From Abditibacteriaceae bacterium (GTDB taxonomy: Bacteria; Armatimonadota; Abditibacteriia; Abditibacteriales; Abditibacteriaceae), in contig JANPJS010000231.1 of NCBI GenBank assembly GCA_031425655.1, positions 1 to 18,131 on the forward strand: DNA of 18,131 bases. The letters run 5' to 3'. The notes beneath the pieces were generated by a model. That model was not told the origin of the DNA, ran no database searches, and saw only the letters and a list, made by a program, of their open reading frames with translations. The translations under genes were made by a program, and so were the position numbers. Positions 1-8,610 of the stretch are shown here, in pieces; positions within the stretch are counted from its first letter, which is position 1, and every line of letters starts with the position of its first letter.

Positions 1-2045
1 TCGTCGCGGTGTTCCTGCGGCTGCGTGAAAAAGCGGCTCCATTGATGCGGCCAGTAGCCGGGCAGAGCATGAATCGGCGCGCCCAGAGGCACTTCTTTGA
101 TAGTGGCGATGGCGCCGATGTGCGATTGCAGCGCAAAAGGCGACCTTTTCAGGCTCGGATTGGAAACGCCGACCACGAAAGTGCCATCGGCGCGGCGGCA
201 GGTGGTAACGGCCAAGCCGTCGCCCGCCGAAAATAAACGCTGCGCCGAGAGGGCCGCATCGTAGGCGCGGCGGGCGTGATTCAGCAAGAGAAAAGGCCGT
301 TCGAGTTCAGTGTTTTCGCCGCCCCACATCGGGTGGCCGCCCGCTTTGGCGGGCAGCGCCGTGCGATTCATGCCGGTGGCGGCCAAAGCCAAAATCAAGG
401 TGCCGCTGCCCTGCCGAATTTTGATGACCGCCGGGCGACCCATGCACGTCGCCAGAACTTCGCTTTTGGCGGCTGCCTTCGCTTCGTGCAGCTCGAAATC
501 AGAGGTTTCGCTGTCGGCGGCGCCGCTTGTCCACTTAATTGTTTCGCCTGCCGGCACCGTCACTTTGGCGGCGCGGCAGTATTCGGGCCACAGGCGCGCG
601 GCATCATCGCCAGCGGCCAGCACCGTGCCGCCCGAAGCCAAAAAAGCAGCGAGCCGTTCGCGCACGCCGGAGATGTCGTGTTCGAGGCCGCTGCACAGCA
701 CGAGGCTATAGCGCGCGAGAATTTCCGCAGGTGCGTCACTGAGCAGGCAATCGGCGATGTCGCCGTAGGGTGTGGGGGCCATCGCGCCGCGTTCGTCCAT
801 GAACCAGCCGCAGTTTTCGTAACCGGGAAAAAGCAGCGACAACAGGTTGTCTGTGAGAAAATCGCCCGGCGCATAGGGCAACGAATTGAACGCCGTGAAC
901 TGCGTGGTGTTGGTGCGCGCGGGCATCCAGCCGCTGAAATAATCCTGAAGAATCGCCACCGGCGTTTGCATCACGCCCGGCGAAAAGCCGCGTTGAATCA
1001 AGCGTTCGGTGTCGGCCTGCACCTGCCCGATGGGCGAAAGGCGGGCGCGTTTGTTGTCTTTATCGCGCGCCACCGTGGAGCCTTCAAAGCCCAGAATGCA
1101 CGAGTTCCACAGCCACTGGCTGAGAAACGTGCGCCGCATCAGGTTCGCGCTGCTGCCGCCGGGTTTCGCCACCATGTTGCCCGCGTCGTCAAGGCTCCAC
1201 GACGACAAACCGAAGGTGCTGAAAATCGAAACGTCGCCATACCAGAGCAGGCCGTATTGCTTGCCCGCGCCGCGCAAAAACGCATATTGCACCTGCGGAT
1301 TCGTCACGCCGTATTTGTTGTGGCACTCGGCGCCCAGCAAGCCCATCGCGCCGTCCTGCGCCGGATAGTGCCAGCCCCACAGCGTGGTCAGCAGCGTAAG
1401 GCGCCCGCCCTGATCGTCAATCACGCGGTCGCACCATTCGCGGAAGGCGCGGTGCTGTCCTTCGCGGTCGCGCGGCGAGGGCAACTGCAAATCTTCAAAG
1501 GAGTTATGATAACGCCCGTCCTGCTCGCCCAAATCGAAGCCGAGAAACTGCGCGCCGAGGATTTCGGTCAGCGCCTTGTTTTGCTCCGGCGTCACGAAGC
1601 ACTGCCCGAAACTGCCCTTCAGCGGCGAACCGGGGCCGTAGCCGCCGACGTTGAATAAATACGTCCCGGAGGCGCGCATCTGCCGCAGCGATTCGGAAAA
1701 CACCGGCTCTTTCTGGCGCAAAATGCCGATGTCCGGGCGATAAACGCGCCCCACCAGCCAGGGGCGGCCCGGCAAATCGGCATCATCGGGCACCTGCGTC
1801 AGCAGCGCGGCGGGAATGTTGGCGTTGAAAGCCGAATAGCGCCCGCCCACGAGTTGAGGCCGGTCGCCAAACGTCTTCCACGTTGGCACTTTAAAGCCGC
1901 GCCGCGCGTAGGCCGGATATTCCGACGGCTCCACCAAACGCCCATAGAATTGCGGCAACGGCAACGTGCCCAGCGGCGCTGTTTGGGCGCCGCCGATCAA
2001 AGAAGCAACGCCGAGCGCCGCGAAACAGTAAAAGATTTTTTTCAT
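1..2045 (-). CDS. Secreted uncharacterised protein, possibly glycoside hydrolase-like; 3' end runs off the window (>681 aa)
   Basis: Manual translation from ATG 2045: MKKIFYCFAALGVASLIGGAQTA (signal peptide) ...FLGFDLGEQDGRY...GAECHNKYG...YAFLRGAGKQYGLLWYG...PTPYGDIADCLLSDAP..., open to the window edge. GGAAGG RBS-like sequence upstream. Not in the ORF track because it has no stop in the window. The function call is inference. Confidence 0.85.
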   Translation of the reverse strand, partial: MKKIFYCFAALGVASLIGGAQTAPLGTLPLPQFYGRLVEPSEYPAYARRGFKVPTWKTFGDRPQLVGGRYSAFNANIPAALLTQVPDDADLPGRPWLVGRVYRPDIGILRQKEPVFSESLRQMRASGTYLFNVGGYGPGSPLKGSFGQCFVTPEQNKALTEILGAQFLGFDLGEQDGRYHNSFEDLQLPSPRDREGQHRAFREWCDRVIDDQGGRLTLLTTLWGWHYPAQDGAMGLLGAECHNKYGVTNPQVQYAFLRGAGKQYGLLWYGDVSIFSTFGLSSWSLDDAGNMVAKPGGSSANLMRRTFLSQWLWNSCILGFEGSTVARDKDNKRARLSPIGQVQADTERLIQRGFSPGVMQTPVAILQDYFSGWMPARTNTTQFTAFNSLPYAPGDFLTDNLLSLLFPGYENCGWFMDERGAMAPTPYGDIADCLLSDAPAEILARYSLVLCSGLEHDISGVRERLAAFLASGGTVLAAGDDAARLWPEYCRAAKVTVPAGETIKWTSGAADSETSDFELHEAKAAAKSEVLATCMGRPAVIKIRQGSGTLILALAATGMNRTALPAKAGGHPMWGGENTELERPFLLLNHARRAYDAALSAQRLFSAGDGLAVTTCRRADGTFVVGVSNPSLKRSPFALQSHIGAIATIKEVPLGAPIHALPGYWPHQWSRFFTQPQEHRD

Positions 2046-2291
2046 CGCCGCCCTTCCACCATAATTCACTGCGCGAAATCATAAACGCGCCGCGTGCCGT
2101 TGCCGGTCAGCGTCAGCACGCCTGTGGTTTCAGTTTCTCTTATTCAACTGGCCACATTTTGTGCAACTCCACTCAAAGGGGCATTGTCCAAGCTTTCTTA
2201 ACTCGCGTTATCGAGGAAAAACGTTTCTTTGTGCCGGAAAAGCGCGAGCGGGCACTTTGCGGGGCACTCAGGCGCCTATACTGAGAACGAA

Positions 2292-4988
2292 ATGCAGTCC
2301 ATGAAAACCCAAAAAATTACAGTGCTGCTCATAATCGGCACCGCAGGGGCGGTCCTGTCCACTTATGGGCAAGAGGCCTTGCTTTCTTTTGAAGCGGCCA
2401 GAGAACGGGGACGCCTGAAATCCAGATACGTGAGTGTGACCACGGATGTCGCAAAAGCCCCGGTCGTTGGTCCGAAGGCGAACCTTGCTTTCTATCAAAA
2501 ATCGGTGGCGCCAGTCCTGAAAAAGAGCTGCTTAGCCTGTCATGGCCCCACAAAGGCCAAGGGCAGGCTGCGCATTGATCAACTGAACCCAGACCTGCTG
2601 ACTGGCCCCGATGTGGAGAAGTGGCGCGAAGTCTTCAACGCTCTGAGCAAATCGGAGATGCCGCCTGCGGACGAACCGGATTATGCCCTCGCCGATGCTG
2701 ATCGCGCGCGCATTGTTGATTGGCTCACCGAGGAACTGAATACAGCGTCGCTCATACGTCGCAGCAGCAAGGAACATTCGTCTTTTCGGCGTTTGACGAG
2801 CTACGAATATAACTACGCTCTGCAAGACCTGCTTGGTCTGCAACACGTGGTTCCGACCAAGCTGCCGCCGGAAACCGCCTCTGAGGACGGCTTCAAAAAC
2901 AGTTCGGAACTGCTGCAAATGTCCGTCATGCAGTTTGAGACCTATCGTGAGATTGGCCTCAAAGCACTCAAGCGAGCCACGGTTATTGGTGAGCGTCCCC
3001 TGGCCGTTACTTATATCATCTCGATGAACGAAGAGATGGAAAAGGCGGTGAAGGCAAAAGACGCCAAGACCAGCAAAGACACTCCCAGAAAGCCGAGAAA
3101 CCAGCGGCAGTTGTTCCATCGTGAGACGGGCGAGAGCATTGCGTTTGGCGAAGGAGCGTCGTTGCCAAAGGCCGATGCTGTAGTCGGGCAAACTCCTGCT
3201 GTTTCTCCTGTTGTGCTGGTGCTTCCGCGCTCCAACGAGTTGAAGCTCAATTTGGATCGCTTTCTCCCCGACGAAGGCACCATGCGCGTTCGCATTCGCG
3301 CCGGGCGCTCTAACATGAACCCGGACGAGTTTGCGAGCCTGCGCCTGATATTCAGTGCCCACACCAGCAACAACGCGAACTTCTCGCAGGTCGTCAGCGA
3401 GCGCGACATCCCGGTCACGGCATCGGCTGACGCGCCGCAATTCATTGATTTCGATATTCCGCTGAGCGATATTCAGCGCAACCCGTTCCGCAAGCTCACC
3501 ACAACGTTTCCAAGGCGCGATGAATTTCTGCACATTCAGAACGTCTCGAATGCGGGCGGCAAAGAACCGCTTCAGGTTCAAATTGACTACATCGAAATCA
3601 GCGCGCCGTTTTACGAACAATGGCCGCCGAAGTCGCACACTGACATTTTCTTTGCGAGCAACAACAAAAACAACGAGCAGCTTTATGGCCGCGAGGTGCT
3701 GAATCGTTTCCTCAGGCGTGTCTGGCGTCGTCCTGTCACCAAGCCGGAAGTCGAGCAGTTCATGGCCTTGTTTGCCAAGTATCGGCCCGGCTTCCCGACC
3801 TTCGAAGGGGCCATGGTGGAAGTGATGGCCACGGCTCTGGCGACACCGGAGTTCCTCTACCTGACGCAACGAGAGTCGCCTGCCGAGGCCGCGACCGCAC
3901 CAACAAAAGCTGTATCAACCAAAGCCGCGTCAACCAAAGCCCCGCCAGTCAAATCCACGCCAACCAAAGCCGCGCCAACGAAATCTTCGTCTAAAATTAG
4001 CGATCTGGAATTCGCCAGCCGCCTCTCGATTTTTTTGTGGTCGAGCATCCCTGACGACGAGTTACTGACACTGGCCGAGCGGGGAAAACTCCGAGAGCCA
4101 ACGGTCTTGTCGGCTCAGGTGAAACGTATGTTAGCCGACCCGCGCGCGCGACGCTTCACGCAGAACTTCGTTGACCAATGGCTGGGTTTGGACAGGATAA
4201 ACAGTGTCAACCATCTGACCGACGAGTCCTTGAAAGAAGCGATGCTGGAAGAGCCAAAGGCTTACTTTGATGAAGTCCTGCGGAACAACCGCAGCGTCAT
4301 GGATTTCATTCATTCTGATTACGCCTTAGTCAACGAGCGACTCGCAGCGCACTATCGAATTCCCAAGGTGTATGGCCCAGAGTTCCGCAAAGTGCCCATT
4401 ACCCTGCAAACGAATCGCGGCGGCATTTTGGCAAGTGCGGCAACGATGACGATGAACTCCGACGGCAAGGATTCTAATCCTCTCAAGCGTGGTGTCTGGT
4501 TGATGAAGCGCATCCTCGACGATCCGCCGCCGCCGCCGCCGCCGAATGTCCCGACGGTTGACCTGACGAATCCGGAGATTCTGAAAATGACCGTGAAGGA
4601 GCGCATTGCCGACCACCGCAACAAACCGGCGTGCATTTCGTGTCACGCCAAAATTGATCCCTGGGGCATTGCATTCGAGAACTACGATTCCCTCGGAGCC
4701 TATCGCACCAGCATTGAGAACAAACCTGTTGATGCGACCTCCGAACTTTTCAACAAGCAGACTCTGGCCGGGGTTGATGGACTTAAACGATACTTGCTCA
4801 TGGATCGGCAAGATCAATTTTCCAGAGCCATGGTGCATAAGCTAACGGCTTATGCGCTGGGAAGACCGCTTACTTTTGCCGACCGTGCCGACGTTGACAG
4901 CTTGACGGCGCGATTCAGAAAACAGGATGATAAGCTGGGCGACCTGATCTCCCTAATTATCAGCAGTGACCTTTTTAATTCCAAATAA
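2292..4988 (+). CDS. Planctomycete-type cytochrome c domain protein (PSCyt1 + DUF1587/DUF1595/DUF1592/DUF1588/DUF1585 architecture)
   Basis: Two CxxCH motifs (CLACH, CISCH), MPP after the first haem site, RRLTSYEYNYALQDLLG, EFASRLSIFLWSSIPDDEL, SNPLKRGVW..DPPPPPPPNVP, KLTAYALGR. Hydrophobic N-terminus. Start is ATG 2292 or 2301 rather than the track's 2229. Confidence 0.92.
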   Translation: MQSMKTQKITVLLIIGTAGAVLSTYGQEALLSFEAARERGRLKSRYVSVTTDVAKAPVVGPKANLAFYQKSVAPVLKKSCLACHGPTKAKGRLRIDQLNPDLLTGPDVEKWREVFNALSKSEMPPADEPDYALADADRARIVDWLTEELNTASLIRRSSKEHSSFRRLTSYEYNYALQDLLGLQHVVPTKLPPETASEDGFKNSSELLQMSVMQFETYREIGLKALKRATVIGERPLAVTYIISMNEEMEKAVKAKDAKTSKDTPRKPRNQRQLFHRETGESIAFGEGASLPKADAVVGQTPAVSPVVLVLPRSNELKLNLDRFLPDEGTMRVRIRAGRSNMNPDEFASLRLIFSAHTSNNANFSQVVSERDIPVTASADAPQFIDFDIPLSDIQRNPFRKLTTTFPRRDEFLHIQNVSNAGGKEPLQVQIDYIEISAPFYEQWPPKSHTDIFFASNNKNNEQLYGREVLNRFLRRVWRRPVTKPEVEQFMALFAKYRPGFPTFEGAMVEVMATALATPEFLYLTQRESPAEAATAPTKAVSTKAASTKAPPVKSTPTKAAPTKSSSKISDLEFASRLSIFLWSSIPDDELLTLAERGKLREPTVLSAQVKRMLADPRARRFTQNFVDQWLGLDRINSVNHLTDESLKEAMLEEPKAYFDEVLRNNRSVMDFIHSDYALVNERLAAHYRIPKVYGPEFRKVPITLQTNRGGILASAATMTMNSDGKDSNPLKRGVWLMKRILDDPPPPPPPNVPTVDLTNPEILKMTVKERIADHRNKPACISCHAKIDPWGIAFENYDSLGAYRTSIENKPVDATSELFNKQTLAGVDGLKRYLLMDRQDQFSRAMVHKLTAYALGRPLTFADRADVDSLTARFRKQDDKLGDLISLIISSDLFNSK
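3897..3986 (+). repeat. Six imperfect 15-bp tandem repeats encoding a xx(T/V)K(A/S) pentapeptide linker
   Basis: gcaccaacaaaagct / gtatcaaccaaagcc / gcgtcaaccaaagcc / ccgccagtcaaatcc / acgccaaccaaagcc / gcgccaacgaaatct = APTKA VSTKA ASTKA PPVKS TPTKA APTKS. Confidence 0.85.
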
Positions 4989-5002
4989 GTCGAGACCATC
5001 CC

Positions 5003-6415
5003 ATGAATGACAAATCCATTGCGCTGAGTCGCAGAACCTTCCTTCGCGGTGCCGGTGTGGCACTGGCGCTGCCCTGGTTGGAAACGTTTGCTGCCGCCAG
5101 CTCGGCAAAAGGCGGGGCTTTGAAAGACGCGACTCCGAGGCGGTTTCTCAGCGTTTATCACCCCGATGGCGTTGGCTTGCCTCTCAAATCCGACCCGGCG
5201 TGGAAGGATTGGGCCTGGTTTCCACGCGGCGGCGAAAAAGACTTTGAATTGACCAAAGTCCTCGATGTGCTGGAGCCGCTGCGGAGCGATATCACGGTTT
5301 ATTCGGGGTTGTCCCATCCCGCCGCACGAAACGTGCACGGCCATTCCAATGCCGATCAGTATCTAACGGGCGCGCCCATCGGTGGCTTTGGCCTCTATCA
5401 AAATACGATCTCGCTCGATCAGGCGTATGCGGAACTCGCAGGCGACCTCACGCGGCACGCTTCGCTGGTGATGTCCACCAACGGCGGCATCGGCGGCCCG
5501 CGCGGCGCACAGACCCAGTCGTTCAACCGCGAAGGACGCCCGATTCCGGCGATGAACCGGCCGAGGGAGATCTTTGAACTGCTTTTCGTGACGAGCAGCA
5601 AAGACGCAGCCGCGAGACTATCGCGCAGCAAAAGCGCGCTTGATCTCCTGATTGAAAACACGCGTTCGCTCAATCGCCAACTCTCCAAACACGATCAAGA
5701 TACGCTCAAGCAGTATCTCGACGCCGTGCGCGATACCGAATTGAAGCTTGCGAAAGCGCAACGCTGGATTGATACGCCGATTCCCACGGTCGATACCCGC
5801 AATCTGCATCTGGATGCAGAGCCTAAAGAAGCCCGGCTTTATTTCCAGACCATGTATGAACTGATTTATCTCGCTTTCCTGAGCGATTCGACGCGCAGCG
5901 CGACGTTTCAGTTGGGGCGAGAAAACGGCGAAGGCCCACACGACCTGCTTTCACTCGCCGTTGGTCTTGGCGCCGCTCATGGCCTGACGCATAGCGTCAA
6001 GAACCCCAACGGATGGAAGAACCTCGGCACCTATAACCGTTATCAGGCCGAGGAATTCGGTCGTTTCGTCCAGAAATTAAAGGACACGCCAGAGCCAACC
6101 GGCAAAGGCAATATGCTCGACAACACGTTTGCCATGCACGGTTCGGCTTCCAGCAGCTTCCACTTGTCACGCAACTATCCGATTATTTCCGCCGGTGGCA
6201 AAAACCTCGGTTTCACCAACGGTCGTTATCTGAAATTTGGCAAAGGCAACGAAGACAACCAGGCCGGAGCGGGCATCGACACCGATGCCACCTATCAGAG
6301 CAAAACAGAAGTCGAAGAAGTGGCGCTCTCCAAACTCTTCGTCACCATTCTGCAACGCCTCGGCGCCGAAACCGATACTTTCGGCGGCGAAACCGGAACG
6401 TTGACACGCGTTTGA
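5003..6415 (+). CDS. DUF1552 (HXXSHH) domain protein
   Basis: LSRRTFLRGAGVALALPWLE N-terminus, SGLSHP..HGH, ISLDQ, D..L.QYLDAVRDTE, GNMLDNT. Lies 14 nt downstream of the DUF1592-type gene, the canonical pairing. Confidence 0.92.
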   Translation: MNDKSIALSRRTFLRGAGVALALPWLETFAAASSAKGGALKDATPRRFLSVYHPDGVGLPLKSDPAWKDWAWFPRGGEKDFELTKVLDVLEPLRSDITVYSGLSHPAARNVHGHSNADQYLTGAPIGGFGLYQNTISLDQAYAELAGDLTRHASLVMSTNGGIGGPRGAQTQSFNREGRPIPAMNRPREIFELLFVTSSKDAAARLSRSKSALDLLIENTRSLNRQLSKHDQDTLKQYLDAVRDTELKLAKAQRWIDTPIPTVDTRNLHLDAEPKEARLYFQTMYELIYLAFLSDSTRSATFQLGRENGEGPHDLLSLAVGLGAAHGLTHSVKNPNGWKNLGTYNRYQAEEFGRFVQKLKDTPEPTGKGNMLDNTFAMHGSASSSFHLSRNYPIISAGGKNLGFTNGRYLKFGKGNEDNQAGAGIDTDATYQSKTEVEEVALSKLFVTILQRLGAETDTFGGETGTLTRV

Positions 6416-6507
6416 CCTCGGCGGCATTCGGAGAAAAAAACGCAGGCGGCCCTTGCCCCTGTTTGGACTGGCGAAGACGCTGTCCGCACTTGTCGCACTC
6501 TCTTGCT

Positions 6508-6538
6508 CAGGGCAAACGCTTGAAAAGCGTTTGCCCTG
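6508..6538 (+). terminator. Perfect 14-bp hairpin, probable intrinsic terminator after the DUF1552 gene
   Basis: cagggcaaacgctt-gaa-aagcgtttgccctg followed by pyrimidine-rich ctcttttgctct. Confidence 0.55.
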
Positions 6539-6592
6539 CTCTTTTGCTCTCCCCAACTCCTCATACGATTGCCAACACGCCTTCAATCGCCT

Positions 6593-7825
6593 ATGAAACG
6601 ATTTTTACTCGCCGCACTGTTGCCGCTTTCGGCTTACGCCGCGCCAAATAACGCGCCACCGACACCGACCGACGACGCTGCCGCGCTGCGCCGCGTGGCC
6701 GATGGCGTGCTGGCGCAGACGACGCGGCGTTTGATTGACCGCAGCACCGGCGCGACTTATGAAAACAGCGACGATTTAGCGCCGAAGCCGGAGATCAGCA
6801 TCGAAAGCAAATTCAACGCGTGGTTTTATCAGACGTGGCTGCTGGCCGATGGCATGAGGCGCACCGCTTCGGCGCTGGGCGACGAAAAATATCGCGGTTA
6901 CGGCGAAGCGAACCTCGATTTCATTTTTCGCCATATGCTTTATTTCAAGAAGCAAAACGACGCCAAGATGAAAGCCGCGCCGATTGGCGATGGCGCGCTG
7001 TCGCCGATTGGCTTTTATTTCGGTATCGGCTCGCTTTGGCAAACCGGCCTCGCGCCGCTGGTGCAAGAGCACTACGCCGCTACCAAAGACGCGCGTTACG
7101 AGCCGTTTTTGGGGCGCCTGCACAAGTTTTTGGCCGAAAATCCGCGCTTCGAGGACGGCGCGTTTTATCGCAAGGGCAAAGGCATGATGACCGACGACCC
7201 GTATATGACGGTGCCGTTTTTGGTGCGAGAGTGGCAAGCGAGCGGCGACGAAAAATCGCTGGAAAGTGCCACCCGGCAAGTGCTGGGCACGCACGCCAAG
7301 CTCTTCGAGGCGCAGTCCGGTCTCTTCAAACACCTGTGGGATTTGAAGACCCAAAAACCCGCTGGCGAGTTCTGGGGACGCGGCAACGGCTGGATGGTGC
7401 TGGCCCAAGTGGAACTGCTGGCCGCGCTGCCCGTGCAGCACCCGCGCCGCGCCGCCGTCTTAGAAGCCTATCGCCAGCACATGAACGGCCTGCGCCGCTG
7501 CCAAGACGCGGCGGGCGGCTGGCACCAAGTGCTGGATCATCCCGAATCTTGGCTGGAAACTTCGGCGACCGGCATGATTACTTATGGCCTCGCACGCGGC
7601 GTCAACGAAGGCTGGCTCGACGCCTCGTTCGCTGCCGACGCGCGGCGCGGCTGGAAAGCATTGCAAGCCAAAATTACCCCGAAAGGCGATATTCTCGATG
7701 TTTGCGGCTCCACCGACACCGGCAATTTGGCGTTTTATCTGAACCGCCCCCGCCTCAAAGGCGATTTGCACGGCTTCGGCAGCTTTTTGCTCGCCGGTGC
7801 CGAAATCGTGCGGATGAAAGAGTGA
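6593..7825 (+). CDS. Glycoside hydrolase family 105/88 (unsaturated glycuronyl hydrolase, YteR-like), secreted
   Basis: Signal peptide MKRFLLAALLPLSAYA. Motifs TDDPYM (WxDDxYM-like catalytic Asp region), FWGRGNGW, GGWHQVLD, ETSATGM, DLHGFGSFLLA. Confidence 0.9.
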   Translation: MKRFLLAALLPLSAYAAPNNAPPTPTDDAAALRRVADGVLAQTTRRLIDRSTGATYENSDDLAPKPEISIESKFNAWFYQTWLLADGMRRTASALGDEKYRGYGEANLDFIFRHMLYFKKQNDAKMKAAPIGDGALSPIGFYFGIGSLWQTGLAPLVQEHYAATKDARYEPFLGRLHKFLAENPRFEDGAFYRKGKGMMTDDPYMTVPFLVREWQASGDEKSLESATRQVLGTHAKLFEAQSGLFKHLWDLKTQKPAGEFWGRGNGWMVLAQVELLAALPVQHPRRAAVLEAYRQHMNGLRRCQDAAGGWHQVLDHPESWLETSATGMITYGLARGVNEGWLDASFAADARRGWKALQAKITPKGDILDVCGSTDTGNLAFYLNRPRLKGDLHGFGSFLLAGAEIVRMKE

Positions 7826-7841
7826 GAAGAAAGTCTAAAAA

Positions 7842-7968
7842 GAAGGGACGCGGAGTTGCGCTATCCGACCCACAAGTGGGTGCCCCGATTTCGTGCGCGG
7901 ATTTTCGCTGATTTTTCAAAAGAATCCGTGTAAATCCGTGTCGTTTCAGTGCAATCCGCGTTCTATTC
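7842..7968. repeat. REP-like imperfect palindrome, copy 1 (related to 12330-12464)
   Basis: Ends gaagggacgcggagttgc ... gcaatccgcgttctattc are imperfect inverted repeats, with internal aatccgtg repeats. 7887-7914 matches the reverse complement of 12411-12438 at 27/28 nt. Confidence 0.8.
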
Positions 7969-7996
7969 AACCGCCGACAAATCGAAGAAAAACTCT

Positions 7997-8431
7997 ATGA
8001 ACCACAAATTAGCCTTCGCATTTTTCGCGGCGCTGCCTGTGCCCGCGCACGGATGCGCCGACACGGTGGAACTGGTGGTGGGCGGGCCGCGCGATGCGGT
8101 GGATGTTCCGGCGACGCAGACGCTACTGCGCGAGCCGTTTGGCACGGCCTTCGATGCCAAGGGCACGGCGTGGATTGTGGAAATGGCGTCCGGCAACCGC
8201 TTGCTGCACATCAAAGAAAACGGCACTCTGCGCCAAGTGGCGGGGCGCGAAGCACAATTTGATGGCCCGCATAATTTGGCGGTTTTGCCCAGCGACGAAG
8301 TGCTGATTGGCGACACATGGAACGGCAAAGTGCGCTGCGTGCAGCCGCGCACCGGCCAAATCAGCGACGTGGAAGGCTGGAGCGTGCCCAAGGAAAAAGC
8401 GCCGCGCCGGTTTCGCGTTCCAACGCGCTGA
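7997..8431 (+). pseudogene. Truncated NHL-repeat (beta-propeller) secreted protein
   Basis: Signal-like N-terminus. NHL-type blades LREPFGTAFDAKGTAWIVE and FDGPHNLAVLPSDEVLIGDTWNGKVR. Only about 2-3 blades before the frame runs into unrelated sequence at ~8400. Confidence 0.65.
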
Positions 8432-8556
8432 GAATCTCTTTCAATTCGTCCACGACGGCTTCGAGTTCGGTAATGGCTTCGGCGGCCAAGTCGCCGGGTT
8501 CGATGCTTGCGTCGTCATGGGCCAAGCGACATTCAAACGACCTGCAATCTCTCTAC
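8405..8556 (-). pseudogene. hsdM: C-terminal remnant of a type I restriction-modification M subunit
   Basis: Minus strand reads REIAGRLNVAW, then after a 1-nt frameshift HDDASIEPGDLAAEAITELEAVVDELKEILSALE. This resembles the HsdM C-terminal LDI.WL.DD...P..LA.E...LE helix (recognised from memory, not searched). Confidence 0.6.
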
Positions 8557-8610
8557 TTGTGATTGGTATACCTAAAGGGGCTGCATCAGCCATCATTCTT
8601 TTACCTCAGA

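Noticed and set aside
276..1658. 460-aa plus-strand ORF and other plus-strand ORFs in 1-2084
   Set aside because: Antisense shadow of the minus-strand secreted protein; Arg/Ala-rich with no motifs.
2532..3869. 445-aa minus-strand ORF
   Set aside because: Antisense shadow of the cytochrome gene.
4524..4544. (CCG)7 run as a phase-variable repeat
   Set aside because: It encodes the poly-Pro tract conserved in DUF1588 domains.
6820..7911. 363-aa alternative-frame ORF
   Set aside because: Arg-rich off-frame read of the GH105 gene, typical of high-GC DNA.
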